Notes: a model not told the origin generated them from the letters alone. A stretch of DNA of 56,251 nucleotides, filler included, from Fonticula-like sp. SCN 57-25 (GCA_001724245.1; 2 parts of 2 records of this genome joined end to end with filler, not necessarily neighbours in it), one strand, 5' to 3'. Shown: positions 46,943 through 55,892, counted from the first letter of the whole stretch. Numbers and translations are program-made.

Positions 46943-47511
46943 TGGCTTCGGCTCAATTTCTAGGTTGGGATTACGTCTCACAGGGTGACTGGATCGGCAG
47001 GTTGGGGAGCGAGGGCTGGTGTATGCTGGGTACGTCCTTCGCCCTCGTCCAGCAGTTACCGGCGAACATATCTTCGGTGGTGGTCACTGGAGCCTCGACG
47101 TTTGGTGATGCAGTGAGCTACTCTCGTGCGATTCAAATGCCTCCATCGATCGGCGGCAGGAAGGCGACGCAATGGTACAGCAACACTTCGTTCACGATGG
47201 CCATTGCCGCTACGGATAGTGCCCCTCACCTCTTGTCGGTGTATGGTTGCGTTTTTGCCAACACCACACGAAAGGCACGCTATCGGCTGCTAGATCCGAG
47301 CAACGGCAATGCGGTCTTGACAAGTCAGGATATGCCCAGGGAGTACGCCACTGTTGGCGTTTGGGGGCGATTCCTATTCTCGGGGTCGGTCACGCTGTCC
47401 GTGAGTCCGTTGACCGGCATCAACCCTGCGGTGAACGGATTGTTGTTCGACGCCTGGCCGGGATCGAGCCTCGCTGTCAGCGGCAATACAGTCGGTCATT
47501 TTATCGCCTAA
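46942..47511 (+). CDS. Beta-sandwich protein resembling a bacterial surface-protein domain
   Basis: TAATG-coupled; D..SQGDWIG.LGSEG, RAIQ, R.ATQWYS..SFT, H.LSVY, SGSVT..V, NPAVNGLLFD. Confidence 0.7.
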   Translation: MASAQFLGWDYVSQGDWIGRLGSEGWCMLGTSFALVQQLPANISSVVVTGASTFGDAVSYSRAIQMPPSIGGRKATQWYSNTSFTMAIAATDSAPHLLSVYGCVFANTTRKARYRLLDPSNGNAVLTSQDMPREYATVGVWGRFLFSGSVTLSVSPLTGINPAVNGLLFDAWPGSSLAVSGNTVGHFIA

Positions 47512-47521
47512 GGACTACATC

Positions 47522-48004
47522 ATGCCTTTGATTTCTTCGTATACGGACGCCTGGGGGCAGACGCACCCCGACGCTTGGACGTATTGCGCCTCAAGTTCAT
47601 TTAACTGGGACGGCAAGCTCGCCCACCTGGAGTTTTGGGTATATACCAGCAAGATGTCCGCTTACTCGGGACGTCCTCCGATCGCCAAGCACTCAATCGA
47701 CCTCACGCCGACCGGCACCCCGGCGGTGTACTCCTCGGCGACTCTTATTTCTCCAGGGAGCCCGGCAGTCTACGGCGAGCCCGATCCCGAGACTGGGGAG
47801 AGCGAGATCGTCACTCCCGAGGTGCTCCCGGTGTACAGCGAGCCCGAGGTCGTCCGCCCGGCCGTCCCCAGCTTCTTCGAGGTCTTGGCCAGCAACGCCA
47901 CGGCTTACGGGCAGTTGGAGGCGTCGTTGTCGGGGTTGGCGGTGGAGGTGCTACCGGAGCTTGCTGGAGCTACCTGGGAGGCAGTTGACCCGATCAGTAG
48001 TTGA
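47522..48004 (+). CDS. Hypothetical protein, last gene of the late operon
   Basis: AAGGA RBS; 160 aa with repeated PAVY/PVY motifs; converges on the Dam-like gene. Confidence 0.7.
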   Translation: MPLISSYTDAWGQTHPDAWTYCASSSFNWDGKLAHLEFWVYTSKMSAYSGRPPIAKHSIDLTPTGTPAVYSSATLISPGSPAVYGEPDPETGESEIVTPEVLPVYSEPEVVRPAVPSFFEVLASNATAYGQLEASLSGLAVEVLPELAGATWEAVDPISS

Positions 48005-48812
48005 GCCACAAGCACTCGACCTTGACATCACGTACCGCCCTATACTCGATCGTCTCCTTACGCCAGCCTCGAAGCCGCTCGGCATAGAGAGGGCACTCGA
48101 AGCCCGACACCGCCACGTACCCTCGAAGGGAGCGTGCGGTGTCGAGTAGGACTTCGTGGTCCTTGGCGGCCATCTCCCTGGAGTACAACTTGGTGCGAAT
48201 CCGAGTGGAGTGCAGATACGGAGGATCGAGGTAGGTGAGGCTCTTGGGCGAGTCGAACTCCCAAACCCAATCCAGGCCGCACCCCTCCACCACCCTCACC
48301 CCCTGGAGCCTCTTGGCCGCACGGACCGCCTTCTCCACGAAAGACTGGAGCGACATCCTCTTGTTGATTGTCTTACGGCCGGCGTCCTCTCTCGCTCGGA
48401 AGGTCTCCCCCTTGCTGTACTGGCTCAGACAGTTGCGGATGAACTGGTACTTGGCTCGGTCGATGTCGTCGTCGTAGAGGTCTTCGACCTGTCGCCACCG
48501 GGCGAGGTGGAAGAGATGTCGCTCGTCGTCCTCGGTCTCGCCCAGACCGGCGAACCTGGAGGCGAACACCTCGGGCGAGGTGGCGAGGGCCTTGAGGAGA
48601 GCCGCTTGGTTCTCGCATTTCTCGATGAGGGCCTCCTTCTTGGCCCGAGGGAGGGCGAGGAGGATGGCGGCAGACCCCGCACACGGCTCGCAGTAGGTGG
48701 AGTACGAGCCGGGCTTGGGGAGGTGGGAGAGAATCCAGCTACGGAGTTGGCTCTTCTGCTTGGAGCCGGTGTAGGGGTGGAGGGCTTCGTAGCGGTTGTA
48801 CTGCGTCGTCAT
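47994..48812 (-). CDS. DNA adenine methyltransferase (D12/Dam class)
   Basis: PYTGSK, YCEPCAGSAA, YLDPPY, VAVSG, ECLWLNY; alternative start 48848. Confidence 0.92.
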   Translation of the reverse strand: MTTQYNRYEALHPYTGSKQKSQLRSWILSHLPKPGSYSTYCEPCAGSAAILLALPRAKKEALIEKCENQAALLKALATSPEVFASRFAGLGETEDDERHLFHLARWRQVEDLYDDDIDRAKYQFIRNCLSQYSKGETFRAREDAGRKTINKRMSLQSFVEKAVRAAKRLQGVRVVEGCGLDWVWEFDSPKSLTYLDPPYLHSTRIRTKLYSREMAAKDHEVLLDTARSLRGYVAVSGFECPLYAERLRGWRKETIEYRAVRDVKVECLWLNY

Positions 48813-48865
48813 GATGCGTCCTCGCATTGGCCGCATCAAGGATACCACCGTATTTCGGAGGCGAC

Positions 48866-50965
48866 CTAAGCCTTCACCATGTAAGTGATTTGAAGGACGG
48901 ATCGGAAGAAGTGACTAACATCGCATGGGGAACCCGAGACGTCGTTAGTCACGGCTCCGGTGCCGAACCTGGGGATAAAGGTGATCGAGGTGGGCACGGC
49001 CTGAGGGTACTTCTTCCCCGTCGGCTCGAAGGCCACCTCGATCCGGTCAAGGAGTTTGCCGACCTCATTGGCCAGCACCCGAGGGCGTTCCGAACCTCGC
49101 TCCCGTAAGGCTTCCTTAACCCCCGTGCAAAAGTCGTTGATCTCCCGGACAGTACCCTCGAAGTCGTCGTCCAGGGTGCCGAGGTGCCCTTCGATCGAGT
49201 CGAGTTCCTCGCCTACCTTGTCGATGTCCGCCTCCAGTGCGGCGAGCATTCGTTTGTTCGTCGTCCGGGTGAGGGCCTCCTTCAGGCTTTCGAACTCGGC
49301 GAGGAGTTCCTCACGCCGCTTCTGTAGCCGATCCCTGGAGCCACCGATCGCTCGCCGGTAAGCGGCCAGCAAGTCCCTCCGCTCTTGCTCGGTCCTCTCC
49401 CGGTGGCGATCGACCACCACCTGTGCCCCACGGAGGTCTCCGGCCTCCATCAAGGCTCTGGCCTTCTCGACGTCGGCTTCGTCCTGGAGGCCGGAGACTT
49501 CGAGGGCGTCCAAGTCGGGGCCGACCACCTTCATCATCTCCAGTGTGATCGACTGGAGGCGATCGAAGAGCGGATCGAGCCCTTCAGGTACGGTGCCGAG
49601 GAGATCGAGGTCCCCAGTCGAAGCGGCCTTCGCCAAGACCTCCGCAGCCTGTGCGGTGTCTTCGAGGTACTTCCACAAGTATTCCTCGATGGTTGTCTGG
49701 GAGATGGTGTTCCGATGACAGCCGCAACCGCCCGCATCCATCGCCTTTTCATAGGTGCTGCACATGTATTGAAAGTAGTTGGGGCGGTTCTGGCCACGCA
49801 TCTTCACGCCGCACCCCTTGCAATAGACCAGGCCGGCGAGCCATCCCGCCGCAGACTTGGGAGCCCTTCGAGGCCGTGCCGAGTCGTCAACGGGTAGCTT
49901 CTCCCGGACGGCTTCCCAAGTCTGCTTCTTGATGAAGGTCTCGGGATCGAAGATTTCCTTCTCGGCGATGAAGTGTTGGTCGGCCGTCCTCCAGCGACGA
50001 CCGTTGGTCTTTCCGACCGGCACAGCCTCACCGTCCACGTACTCAAGATGTTGTCCTTGACCTTGCTTGCTCCAGCTAGGACGTCCGATATACACGGTGT
50101 TCTTCAAGATGGACTCAACGTGGGTATTCAACCATGTATCTGAATAGGTTGGCTTCGATCCCATCTTGTTCAACTGGCGGGCAATCTGATACGTGCTGAT
50201 ATTTTGAGTGGCGTAGGTCTCGAAGATGAACCGAACCACCTCGATCTTCTTGGGATCGTGGGTGGGCTGGAGATAGAGGTGGTCCCCTTCTTGCTTTGAG
50301 GGGAAGGAGCCCCGTCCGTCGTACCGTTCGGTGCGTCCGTCGGGATAAACCTGGAGCCGCATTTGGTAGCCTTCGACGACGATCCTCCAACGCTCCGAGC
50401 CATCGGCACGAACACATGCGATATCGCAGCCGAAGGGCACGTAGCCGCCCGCATAAATGCCTTTCAATGCGTTCAGCTTCGCCGTCCTCATGGAGTCCTT
50501 GGTCCTGGACAGCACCTCCTCCCTGGAGGATGAGGCCGTCATGCCTCCCTGGAAAAAACTGAAGGCGTCGTCGGACGACAAGCACCTACCATCGGTATCC
50601 CAAACCTGGCAACCGGCTAGGCGGAAGTCCTGGATCTTCGAGGCGAAGTGCCACGGATCACCGCCTCCAAACCTCTTTTGGTTCCAGACAGCGACCCACT
50701 GGACCCGGCCCGCCTGAACTTCCTTCTCCAGCCGCAGGAAGGCGGGACGGTTAAACTTATGACGGGGCGTATATCCTTCACCGTCCTCGAAGACCTTCGA
50801 CTTCGGGACCTCTAGCTTGTGTTTCTTGCACCAGGCGAGGACGGCTTCCCGCTGCGACTCGATGTCCTGTTTCGAGTCGTCCTCGGAGATTCGGAGGTAG
50901 ACCGCTCCCGGTAGGTCTTTTAACCGCTCGATCGAGACCGGCTTCCCGCCCTGAGTTAAGTCCAC
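48866..50965 (-). CDS. Large serine recombinase (integrase)
   Basis: AVYLRISE catalytic motif, RPAFLRL, GGYVPFG, ILKNTVYIG recombinase domain, LAGLVYCKGCG..YMC zinc ribbon, long coiled coil, LLDRIEV. Confidence 0.93.
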   Translation of the reverse strand: MDLTQGGKPVSIERLKDLPGAVYLRISEDDSKQDIESQREAVLAWCKKHKLEVPKSKVFEDGEGYTPRHKFNRPAFLRLEKEVQAGRVQWVAVWNQKRFGGGDPWHFASKIQDFRLAGCQVWDTDGRCLSSDDAFSFFQGGMTASSSREEVLSRTKDSMRTAKLNALKGIYAGGYVPFGCDIACVRADGSERWRIVVEGYQMRLQVYPDGRTERYDGRGSFPSKQEGDHLYLQPTHDPKKIEVVRFIFETYATQNISTYQIARQLNKMGSKPTYSDTWLNTHVESILKNTVYIGRPSWSKQGQGQHLEYVDGEAVPVGKTNGRRWRTADQHFIAEKEIFDPETFIKKQTWEAVREKLPVDDSARPRRAPKSAAGWLAGLVYCKGCGVKMRGQNRPNYFQYMCSTYEKAMDAGGCGCHRNTISQTTIEEYLWKYLEDTAQAAEVLAKAASTGDLDLLGTVPEGLDPLFDRLQSITLEMMKVVGPDLDALEVSGLQDEADVEKARALMEAGDLRGAQVVVDRHRERTEQERRDLLAAYRRAIGGSRDRLQKRREELLAEFESLKEALTRTTNKRMLAALEADIDKVGEELDSIEGHLGTLDDDFEGTVREINDFCTGVKEALRERGSERPRVLANEVGKLLDRIEVAFEPTGKKYPQAVPTSITFIPRFGTGAVTNDVSGSPCDVSHFFRSVLQITYMVKA

Positions 50966-51109
50966 GGCCTTCTCCCGAATGTACTGTGCCTGGGGCCTCC
51001 GGTCGCACCCTTGTTACTTTAAACTAAAATCGGACCGCAGCCAACCACCTCTTAGAGGGGACGGCCCCACGCCGATCAAAGTCACGCATAACGAGCCGCT
51101 TAAACGACG

Positions 51110-51143
51110 ATGGGCCTGGATACAGCAAGGTATCCAGGCCCAT
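51110..51143. terminator. Perfect 14-bp inverted repeat (terminator or protein-binding site)
   Basis: ATGGGCCTGGATAC-AGCAAG-GTATCCAGGCCCAT, 25 bp downstream of the minus-strand MTase; weak T tracts. Confidence 0.55.
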
Positions 51144-51168
51144 TCTTGTAGTACATGAAGCCGAAGCC

Positions 51169-51987
51169 TCACTCTTCCTCCAGCATCTTCCTGTACTCGG
51201 CGTGGGCCTTCTCCAGCCGCTCCAGGGCGAGCCTGTGGTACGGCTCGTGGACCTCGAAGCCAAGGTAATACCGATCGCTTAGGAGGGCGGCAACGGCCGT
51301 GGTCCCCGCACCCGCAAGAGGATCGAGGACGAGGTCGAGCGGGTTGCTCCAGGACAACACCAAGTCACGGGCGAGGACTTCGGGCATCAAGGCCGGGTGT
51401 TGGTAAGCCCGTGAATAAGTTGTCGTGGACTTCCCGCCCGTGGCGACTCGCCAGATATTCCCTCTCACCCCGTACTCCCGAATCAGCACTTTGCGAATCT
51501 CCGATAGGAAGCCGTCCCGATCCCGGTTGCTGACTTTCATCCACTTCCCGGCATACTTGTTAGGCTTGTCCTGGAGCAGGTTGACCACCCTCGGCGATCC
51601 CTTGGAGAAAACGAAAACGAACTCGGGAGCGACCCCGTATCTGGTCCTCGAAGTACCTCGAATGACGGGTTTTTGGATCACGAGGGTGTTGTGGAGGTTC
51701 CACCCGGCACGTTGGAACTCCAGGGCGTGCTTGAAGCTGGTGAGCGTGTGCGAGCCCTGACGAATCTGATCTTGGACCACCCAGCAACAGACACCGCCAT
51801 CGACCGTCACCCGCCAGAGTTCGGCGGCCAAGGCGGCAACCTCCTCCAACCCAAAAGGATGCCCGCCATAGACCCTTAGGGAATCGTATGGTGGGCTCGT
51901 TATGGTTAGATGAACCGATTCGGCTTCGAGTGCGGGGAGTAGCTGGAGGGCGTCCCCGCACTCGAAGGAGTTCTTCTTCGCCATCAT
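51169..51987 (-). CDS. N4-cytosine/N6-adenine DNA methyltransferase (beta class)
   Basis: CGDAL, ITSPPY, HPALMPE.LA, SNP.DLVLDPLAGAGTT, LGFE; ATGA overlap with the upstream gene. Confidence 0.93.
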   Translation of the reverse strand: MMAKKNSFECGDALQLLPALEAESVHLTITSPPYDSLRVYGGHPFGLEEVAALAAELWRVTVDGGVCCWVVQDQIRQGSHTLTSFKHALEFQRAGWNLHNTLVIQKPVIRGTSRTRYGVAPEFVFVFSKGSPRVVNLLQDKPNKYAGKWMKVSNRDRDGFLSEIRKVLIREYGVRGNIWRVATGGKSTTTYSRAYQHPALMPEVLARDLVLSWSNPLDLVLDPLAGAGTTAVAALLSDRYYLGFEVHEPYHRLALERLEKAHAEYRKMLEEE

Positions 51988-52652
51988 GCCTTGGCGGCGG
52001 CACGGGCACGGATCTCTTCGATCTTGGCGGCGAGGGCTTCGAGGGCTTCGAGGTCGGCTTCGTTGAAGCGGTCCGATTCCTCGATCCACCGGATCGTCTT
52101 CACCACCGGCTGTGCCCAAGTGGACGGGATACGCATCTTCTTGGGCTTCTCCAGGCGGGTGAGCGTCTTCCCGCCTTCGAGCGACTTCGGCTTCTCCTTC
52201 TTCTTCTCCTTCTTCTGAAGCTCCGGCAGGATGCCGAAGGCCCTCAGCGCCGCCGTCTTCGTCTTGAAGAGACTGAGGTTCTCGAAGGAGCAGTTGTAGT
52301 AGAGCGAGCGAGCGTTGTTGGCGTGGGTCTTGGAGCACTCCAGTTGCTCGATAATCTTGCTCCAAGAACCGGGATCGGACCTCTTAGTCAGGTAGGCACA
52401 CATCTTTCCGAAACGCCAAAAGTTCTCAAGGATCTCCGTCTGAAGGCCCTTAAGCTCCCGGTTCTGCCTCTCCATGCCCTTGTAGAACCGGACCGCCATC
52501 TCCCGCACCTCGACGACGCCCATATCTTTGAACTCGGCGAACTCCTCCGAGTCGTCGGCGACGTCGGTGGCCGGGAGAACCTCAGGGGTGAGGGCTTCCG
52601 AGGCGACGACCTTCTTGTTGTCCTTCTTCTGGACGGCGACAGCGGTAGACAT
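51984..52652 (-). CDS. DUF3102-like hypothetical protein
   Basis: AGAAGGAG RBS; WRFGKMC..L...PGSWSKIIEQLECSKTHANNARSLY resembles the DUF3102 pattern. Confidence 0.6.
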   Translation of the reverse strand: MSTAVAVQKKDNKKVVASEALTPEVLPATDVADDSEEFAEFKDMGVVEVREMAVRFYKGMERQNRELKGLQTEILENFWRFGKMCAYLTKRSDPGSWSKIIEQLECSKTHANNARSLYYNCSFENLSLFKTKTAALRAFGILPELQKKEKKKEKPKSLEGGKTLTRLEKPKKMRIPSTWAQPVVKTIRWIEESDRFNEADLEALEALAAKIEEIRARAAAKA

Positions 52653-52889
52653 CTTGATGTGTCTCCTTCTTAGGGTGTGCATGGGAGTGTGTGCGGACCC
52701 AGAAGAAGATACCTCGAAAGGGAGTGGGGAGCCAACAGGGTGGTGAGGATTTTTAGCACGAACACATCTGTGGTCGCCATCCTCACCCTGTCCTCACCTC
52801 CCCTTCCCTTCAGAGTCTAAAGACACCGGCCGTCGAAGATGTCGACGTCCACCTCGATCACCTACTCCCTAAATTTGTTTCTGGAAAGT

Positions 52890-52919
52890 TTGACAAAAAT
52901 AAACATGGCAACCTATATA
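52890..52919 (+). promoter_or_regulatory. Sigma70-like early promoter
   Basis: TTGACA (52890-52895), 18 nt, TATATA in an AT-rich island, followed by AAAGGAGG and ATG 52947. Confidence 0.7.
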
Positions 52920-52946
52920 ACTCAGGACAACAAAGGAGGTCCAACA

Positions 52947-53435
52947 ATGAACAGCAAGATATACCGAATGGTCGATGTCGCCTCGGCGAGCGGGGTCTCA
53001 GTGCAGACACTTTACTCGGCCTTAAAGTCTGGAGCGATTCCCCCCGGCGACTTGCAGATCGGCAACCGCCGTTGCTGGAGCGAAGAGGGCATGGCCATCG
53101 TCAAGGAGTGGTACTCCCGGCCGAGGGGCTGGCGTCGAGATCACACCTATAGGGACCTGGACCTCAACAACAACATGGACAACAACAAGGAGAGCATCAT
53201 GGACGCAAATACAATTGAGTGGAGCAAGAGCAGGAGCGAGCCCAGAGCTAAGAAGGCCGAGTACAAGGGCTATAGCCTCTCGGTAATGCCGGGGGCCAAG
53301 GGGTGGTTCCTCCAGGCCAGGGATGGCCACGGCGACTTGTTGGAGGTCGCCAGCGAGTGGCCTACGGCGATCGAGGCCCAGGCGTCCGCTCCGGGACTGA
53401 TCGATAAGTGGATCGAGGTCAAGGAGGCCCAGTGA
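52947..53435 (+). CDS. MerR/Xis-like HTH protein in frame with a second domain (internal start at 53199)
   Basis: YRMVDVASASGVSVQTLY...GAIP...GNRRCWSEE; internal AAGGAG...ATG at 53199. Confidence 0.75.
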   Translation: MNSKIYRMVDVASASGVSVQTLYSALKSGAIPPGDLQIGNRRCWSEEGMAIVKEWYSRPRGWRRDHTYRDLDLNNNMDNNKESIMDANTIEWSKSRSEPRAKKAEYKGYSLSVMPGAKGWFLQARDGHGDLLEVASEWPTAIEAQASAPGLIDKWIEVKEAQ

Positions 53436-53707
53436 TCGCCGCAGGCCCCTCGCTCACAGTGGCAGCCGGCCGTCGTGAGTTCTGGCTCTTGTGGCTGGTA
53501 GGGGAGGAGGTTGTCCTCCCCGTCCGGGCCTACAGGGACCTCTGGAGGGCAATTGAGGCCGCAAGGGTCGTCCATAGGTGGGCGGCCCGTTATGGGACCT
53601 CGGTTGACGAGTTCCTTATGCGTTACTTTGAGAGCAAGAAAAATCTTGTTCCTCACGGAAATAAAAAACAAATTTTCAATGGCAACCTACTATATCAAGT
53701 GAGCTAG
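53432..53707 (+). CDS. Hypothetical protein
   Basis: GTGA overlap with AAGGAGG upstream; its 3' end overlaps an AT-rich promoter-like segment. Confidence 0.5.
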   Translation: MIAAGPSLTVAAGRREFWLLWLVGEEVVLPVRAYRDLWRAIEAARVVHRWAARYGTSVDEFLMRYFESKKNLVPHGNKKQIFNGNLLYQVS

Positions 53708-53721
53708 AAAGGAGGACTCAA

Positions 53722-53925
53722 GTGAGAGCTTACCGCAAAATTGAAGTAGCCGTCCTAAGCGGCGTGAGCCCGGCGACGATCACCCGGACGGTGCTCGAAA
53801 AAATCATCGAGGACGGTGACATCGACCTGGGCAATGCCCGAGTCTACACGGAGGCAGCAAAGGACCGGGTGGTGAATTATTTCGCCAGCCGTGATCGCTG
53901 GGAACGCAACAAGAGCAACAAGTGA
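53722..53925 (+). CDS. MerR/Xis-like HTH protein, paralog of the 52947 gene
   Basis: AAAGGAGG RBS; YRKIEVAVLSGVSPATI...GDIDLGNARVYTE. Confidence 0.8.
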   Translation: MRAYRKIEVAVLSGVSPATITRTVLEKIIEDGDIDLGNARVYTEAAKDRVVNYFASRDRWERNKSNK

Positions 53926-54091
53926 AGGCAACTTCATGCCCAGTTCGCAACGGCAAGGCACCATGGCGAATGGTTCGACCCGTCCACCCAGCTTCTCGAT
54001 CATATTCGGAAGCTCGCCTAACCAATTCGAGACCGGAGCGATCCGAGGGGGCAACCGGCCTTTAGCTTCTAAACCCTCAATAGTTGGAACC

Positions 54092-54829
54092 ATGAACATT
54101 CAGATATTCGATTTTGAAGACCAGCCCATCCGCACGCTTTGCGGGGACGATGGCGAACCGTGGTGGGTGGCCGCAGACGTGTGTCGAGTCGTCGGAATTG
54201 TCAATACGAGTGACGCCCTATCGAAGCTGGACGAAGACCAGAAGGGTATCGGAGAAACCGATACCCTTGGAGGCAAGCAGCAGGTGAACACCGTGAACGA
54301 AGCCGGCCTGTATGAACTGGTCTTCCGCAGCAATAAGGAAGACGCAAAGCGGTTCCGCAAGTGGATCACCACCGAGGTGTTGCCCACAATCCGTAAGACC
54401 GGCAGCTACTCTATCGGCCGGCTGGAACCTGAGTACGACAACACCGACGAAATGTCCGTCGTGTTGTCGAATATGCTTCGGCAGCGAACCGAAACCCTGA
54501 TGCTCAAGAGGCAGCAGGAAGCCCAGTGGGAAGCGATCAAGGCGACGAACACCATTGCCATTGAGGCCAAGGAGACTGCCGAGGCAGTTGAGGCCAGTTA
54601 CACCGGACGCACTGGATTCAAGACCTGCCTGGGATACTCGATCCTCAAGGGATACAAGATCGAGCGGAAGGACCTAGCCACCATCGGCAGGAAGATCAGC
54701 AAGTATTGCCGTGATGCAGGCATCGATCGCAAGGAAGTCGAAGATGAGCACTTCGACACTGTGAAGTCCTACCCCTTGTCTGTCCTCAAGGAACATGACG
54801 CATTGTTCCGTCACTACAACGCAGCGTGA
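54092..54829 (+). CDS. Bro-N domain protein (antirepressor-like)
   Basis: IFDFEDQPIR, GEPWWVAADVCRVVG, TLGGKQQV..VNEAGLYELVFRSNKEDAKRFRKWITTEVLPTIRKTGSY. Confidence 0.93.
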   Translation: MNIQIFDFEDQPIRTLCGDDGEPWWVAADVCRVVGIVNTSDALSKLDEDQKGIGETDTLGGKQQVNTVNEAGLYELVFRSNKEDAKRFRKWITTEVLPTIRKTGSYSIGRLEPEYDNTDEMSVVLSNMLRQRTETLMLKRQQEAQWEAIKATNTIAIEAKETAEAVEASYTGRTGFKTCLGYSILKGYKIERKDLATIGRKISKYCRDAGIDRKEVEDEHFDTVKSYPLSVLKEHDALFRHYNAA

Positions 54830-54852
54830 ACCAGCGCTGGCTAAATCGGCGT

Positions 54853-54923
54853 GGTCTTCGCCACGAAGACCGACTCGTCGTTGAACACGAAGAGCCTGGA
54901 GCGGTAACTCCAGGCTCTTCGTG
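54853..54923 (+). promoter_or_regulatory. Two adjacent hairpins (8-bp and 16-bp stems)
   Basis: GGTCTTCG-CCA-CGAAGACC (54853-54871) and CACGAAGAGCCTGGAG-CGGTAA-CTCCAGGCTCTTCGTG (54886-54923); no T tract. Confidence 0.6.
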
Positions 54924-54958
54924 CAACAGAAACTCAACACTGAAAGGTACTCAACAAT

Positions 54959-55888
54959 ATGGTAGCACTAGGATCGGCAATTGTCCTCGGAAATTTAAGC
55001 CAGAAGCGTAACCAAATTCGTAAGAAGTTCGCCGAGGCCATGAAGACATTTGAATATTGCCTCCTCTTCAGGCCGGCGGCCAACTCGCCCCTAGGCTGGA
55101 GGGAGTGTCTCGTCTTCTCGGCGATCGTCCACCTCGCCAGAAAGAAGGCTAGGGTGAGCGTGCGAGCGATCGACGCCCTCACCGGCCTCGATCGTGAGGC
55201 AATACCCAAGGCCCTGGCCAAGCTCAAGGAGATCGGCGTCCTAGACGACGACCTGGCGGTACTCAACTGCGAGCAACCGTCCCGCCATTTCGCAGTCGTC
55301 TCCACGCCCTCCGAGGGAGACCATTGGCTCAAGAGCCTGGCTTACGGCCGATATCTTCGGCCCGCTGACACAAAGACCTGGAAGCCCCTCCAGTCCTATT
55401 TCCTGGCGGTCCTCGTGGCGGTCGCACCCGTCGTGACAAGCGTCTCGTACCTGGCGACCATCACCGGCATCGACCGCAAGCAGATCCGAGACCTCCTTCG
55501 AGGATTTGAGGAATTAGGACTGGAGGCCAAGAGGGAGGACAAGCGACTCGTTCTGGATTACGGCAAATTCTCACCCGACGGCAACTGTTTCATAGAAAAG
55601 ACGATCGCAGCGAAGAAGGCCCCCCAGTACCCCCAGGTGCTCACGTCGCTGGTGGAGGCAGGTAAGATCCCCTCCTCCTACCTAGACGACCTGACGCACA
55701 CCTACAATCAGGTAAGCAGGTGTGTCTACGACCCTGACATCAAGAATGTCGTGAATGAGTGCGTCGAGATCCATAAGACCTTCGTGCCCAAAAATGGATC
55801 GAAGAAGCCGTATCCCTCCCTGAAGTTCATCGTCCGCAAGCTGGTGGGGATCTTCGAGAAGCGTTCCTCGATCACCGTGGCGGCGTAA
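54959..55888 (+). CDS. Putative replication initiator with two winged-HTH-like segments
   Basis: SVRAIDALTGLDREAIPKALAKLKEIGVL and SVSYLATITGIDRKQIRDLLRGFEELGL; iterons follow immediately; start may be 55040. Confidence 0.6.
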   Translation: MVALGSAIVLGNLSQKRNQIRKKFAEAMKTFEYCLLFRPAANSPLGWRECLVFSAIVHLARKKARVSVRAIDALTGLDREAIPKALAKLKEIGVLDDDLAVLNCEQPSRHFAVVSTPSEGDHWLKSLAYGRYLRPADTKTWKPLQSYFLAVLVAVAPVVTSVSYLATITGIDRKQIRDLLRGFEELGLEAKREDKRLVLDYGKFSPDGNCFIEKTIAAKKAPQYPQVLTSLVEAGKIPSSYLDDLTHTYNQVSRCVYDPDIKNVVNECVEIHKTFVPKNGSKKPYPSLKFIVRKLVGIFEKRSSITVAA

Positions 55889-55892
55889 GCTA

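Noticed and set aside
43336-47511. Diversity-generating retroelement or invertible tail-fibre cassette
   Set aside because: No reverse transcriptase, no template/variable repeat pair and no inverted recombination sites were seen.
51169-52365. 398-aa methyltransferase with a long N-terminal extension, as in the ORF track
   Set aside because: The extension overlaps the upstream gene in another frame; the ATGA-coupled start at 51987 fits better.
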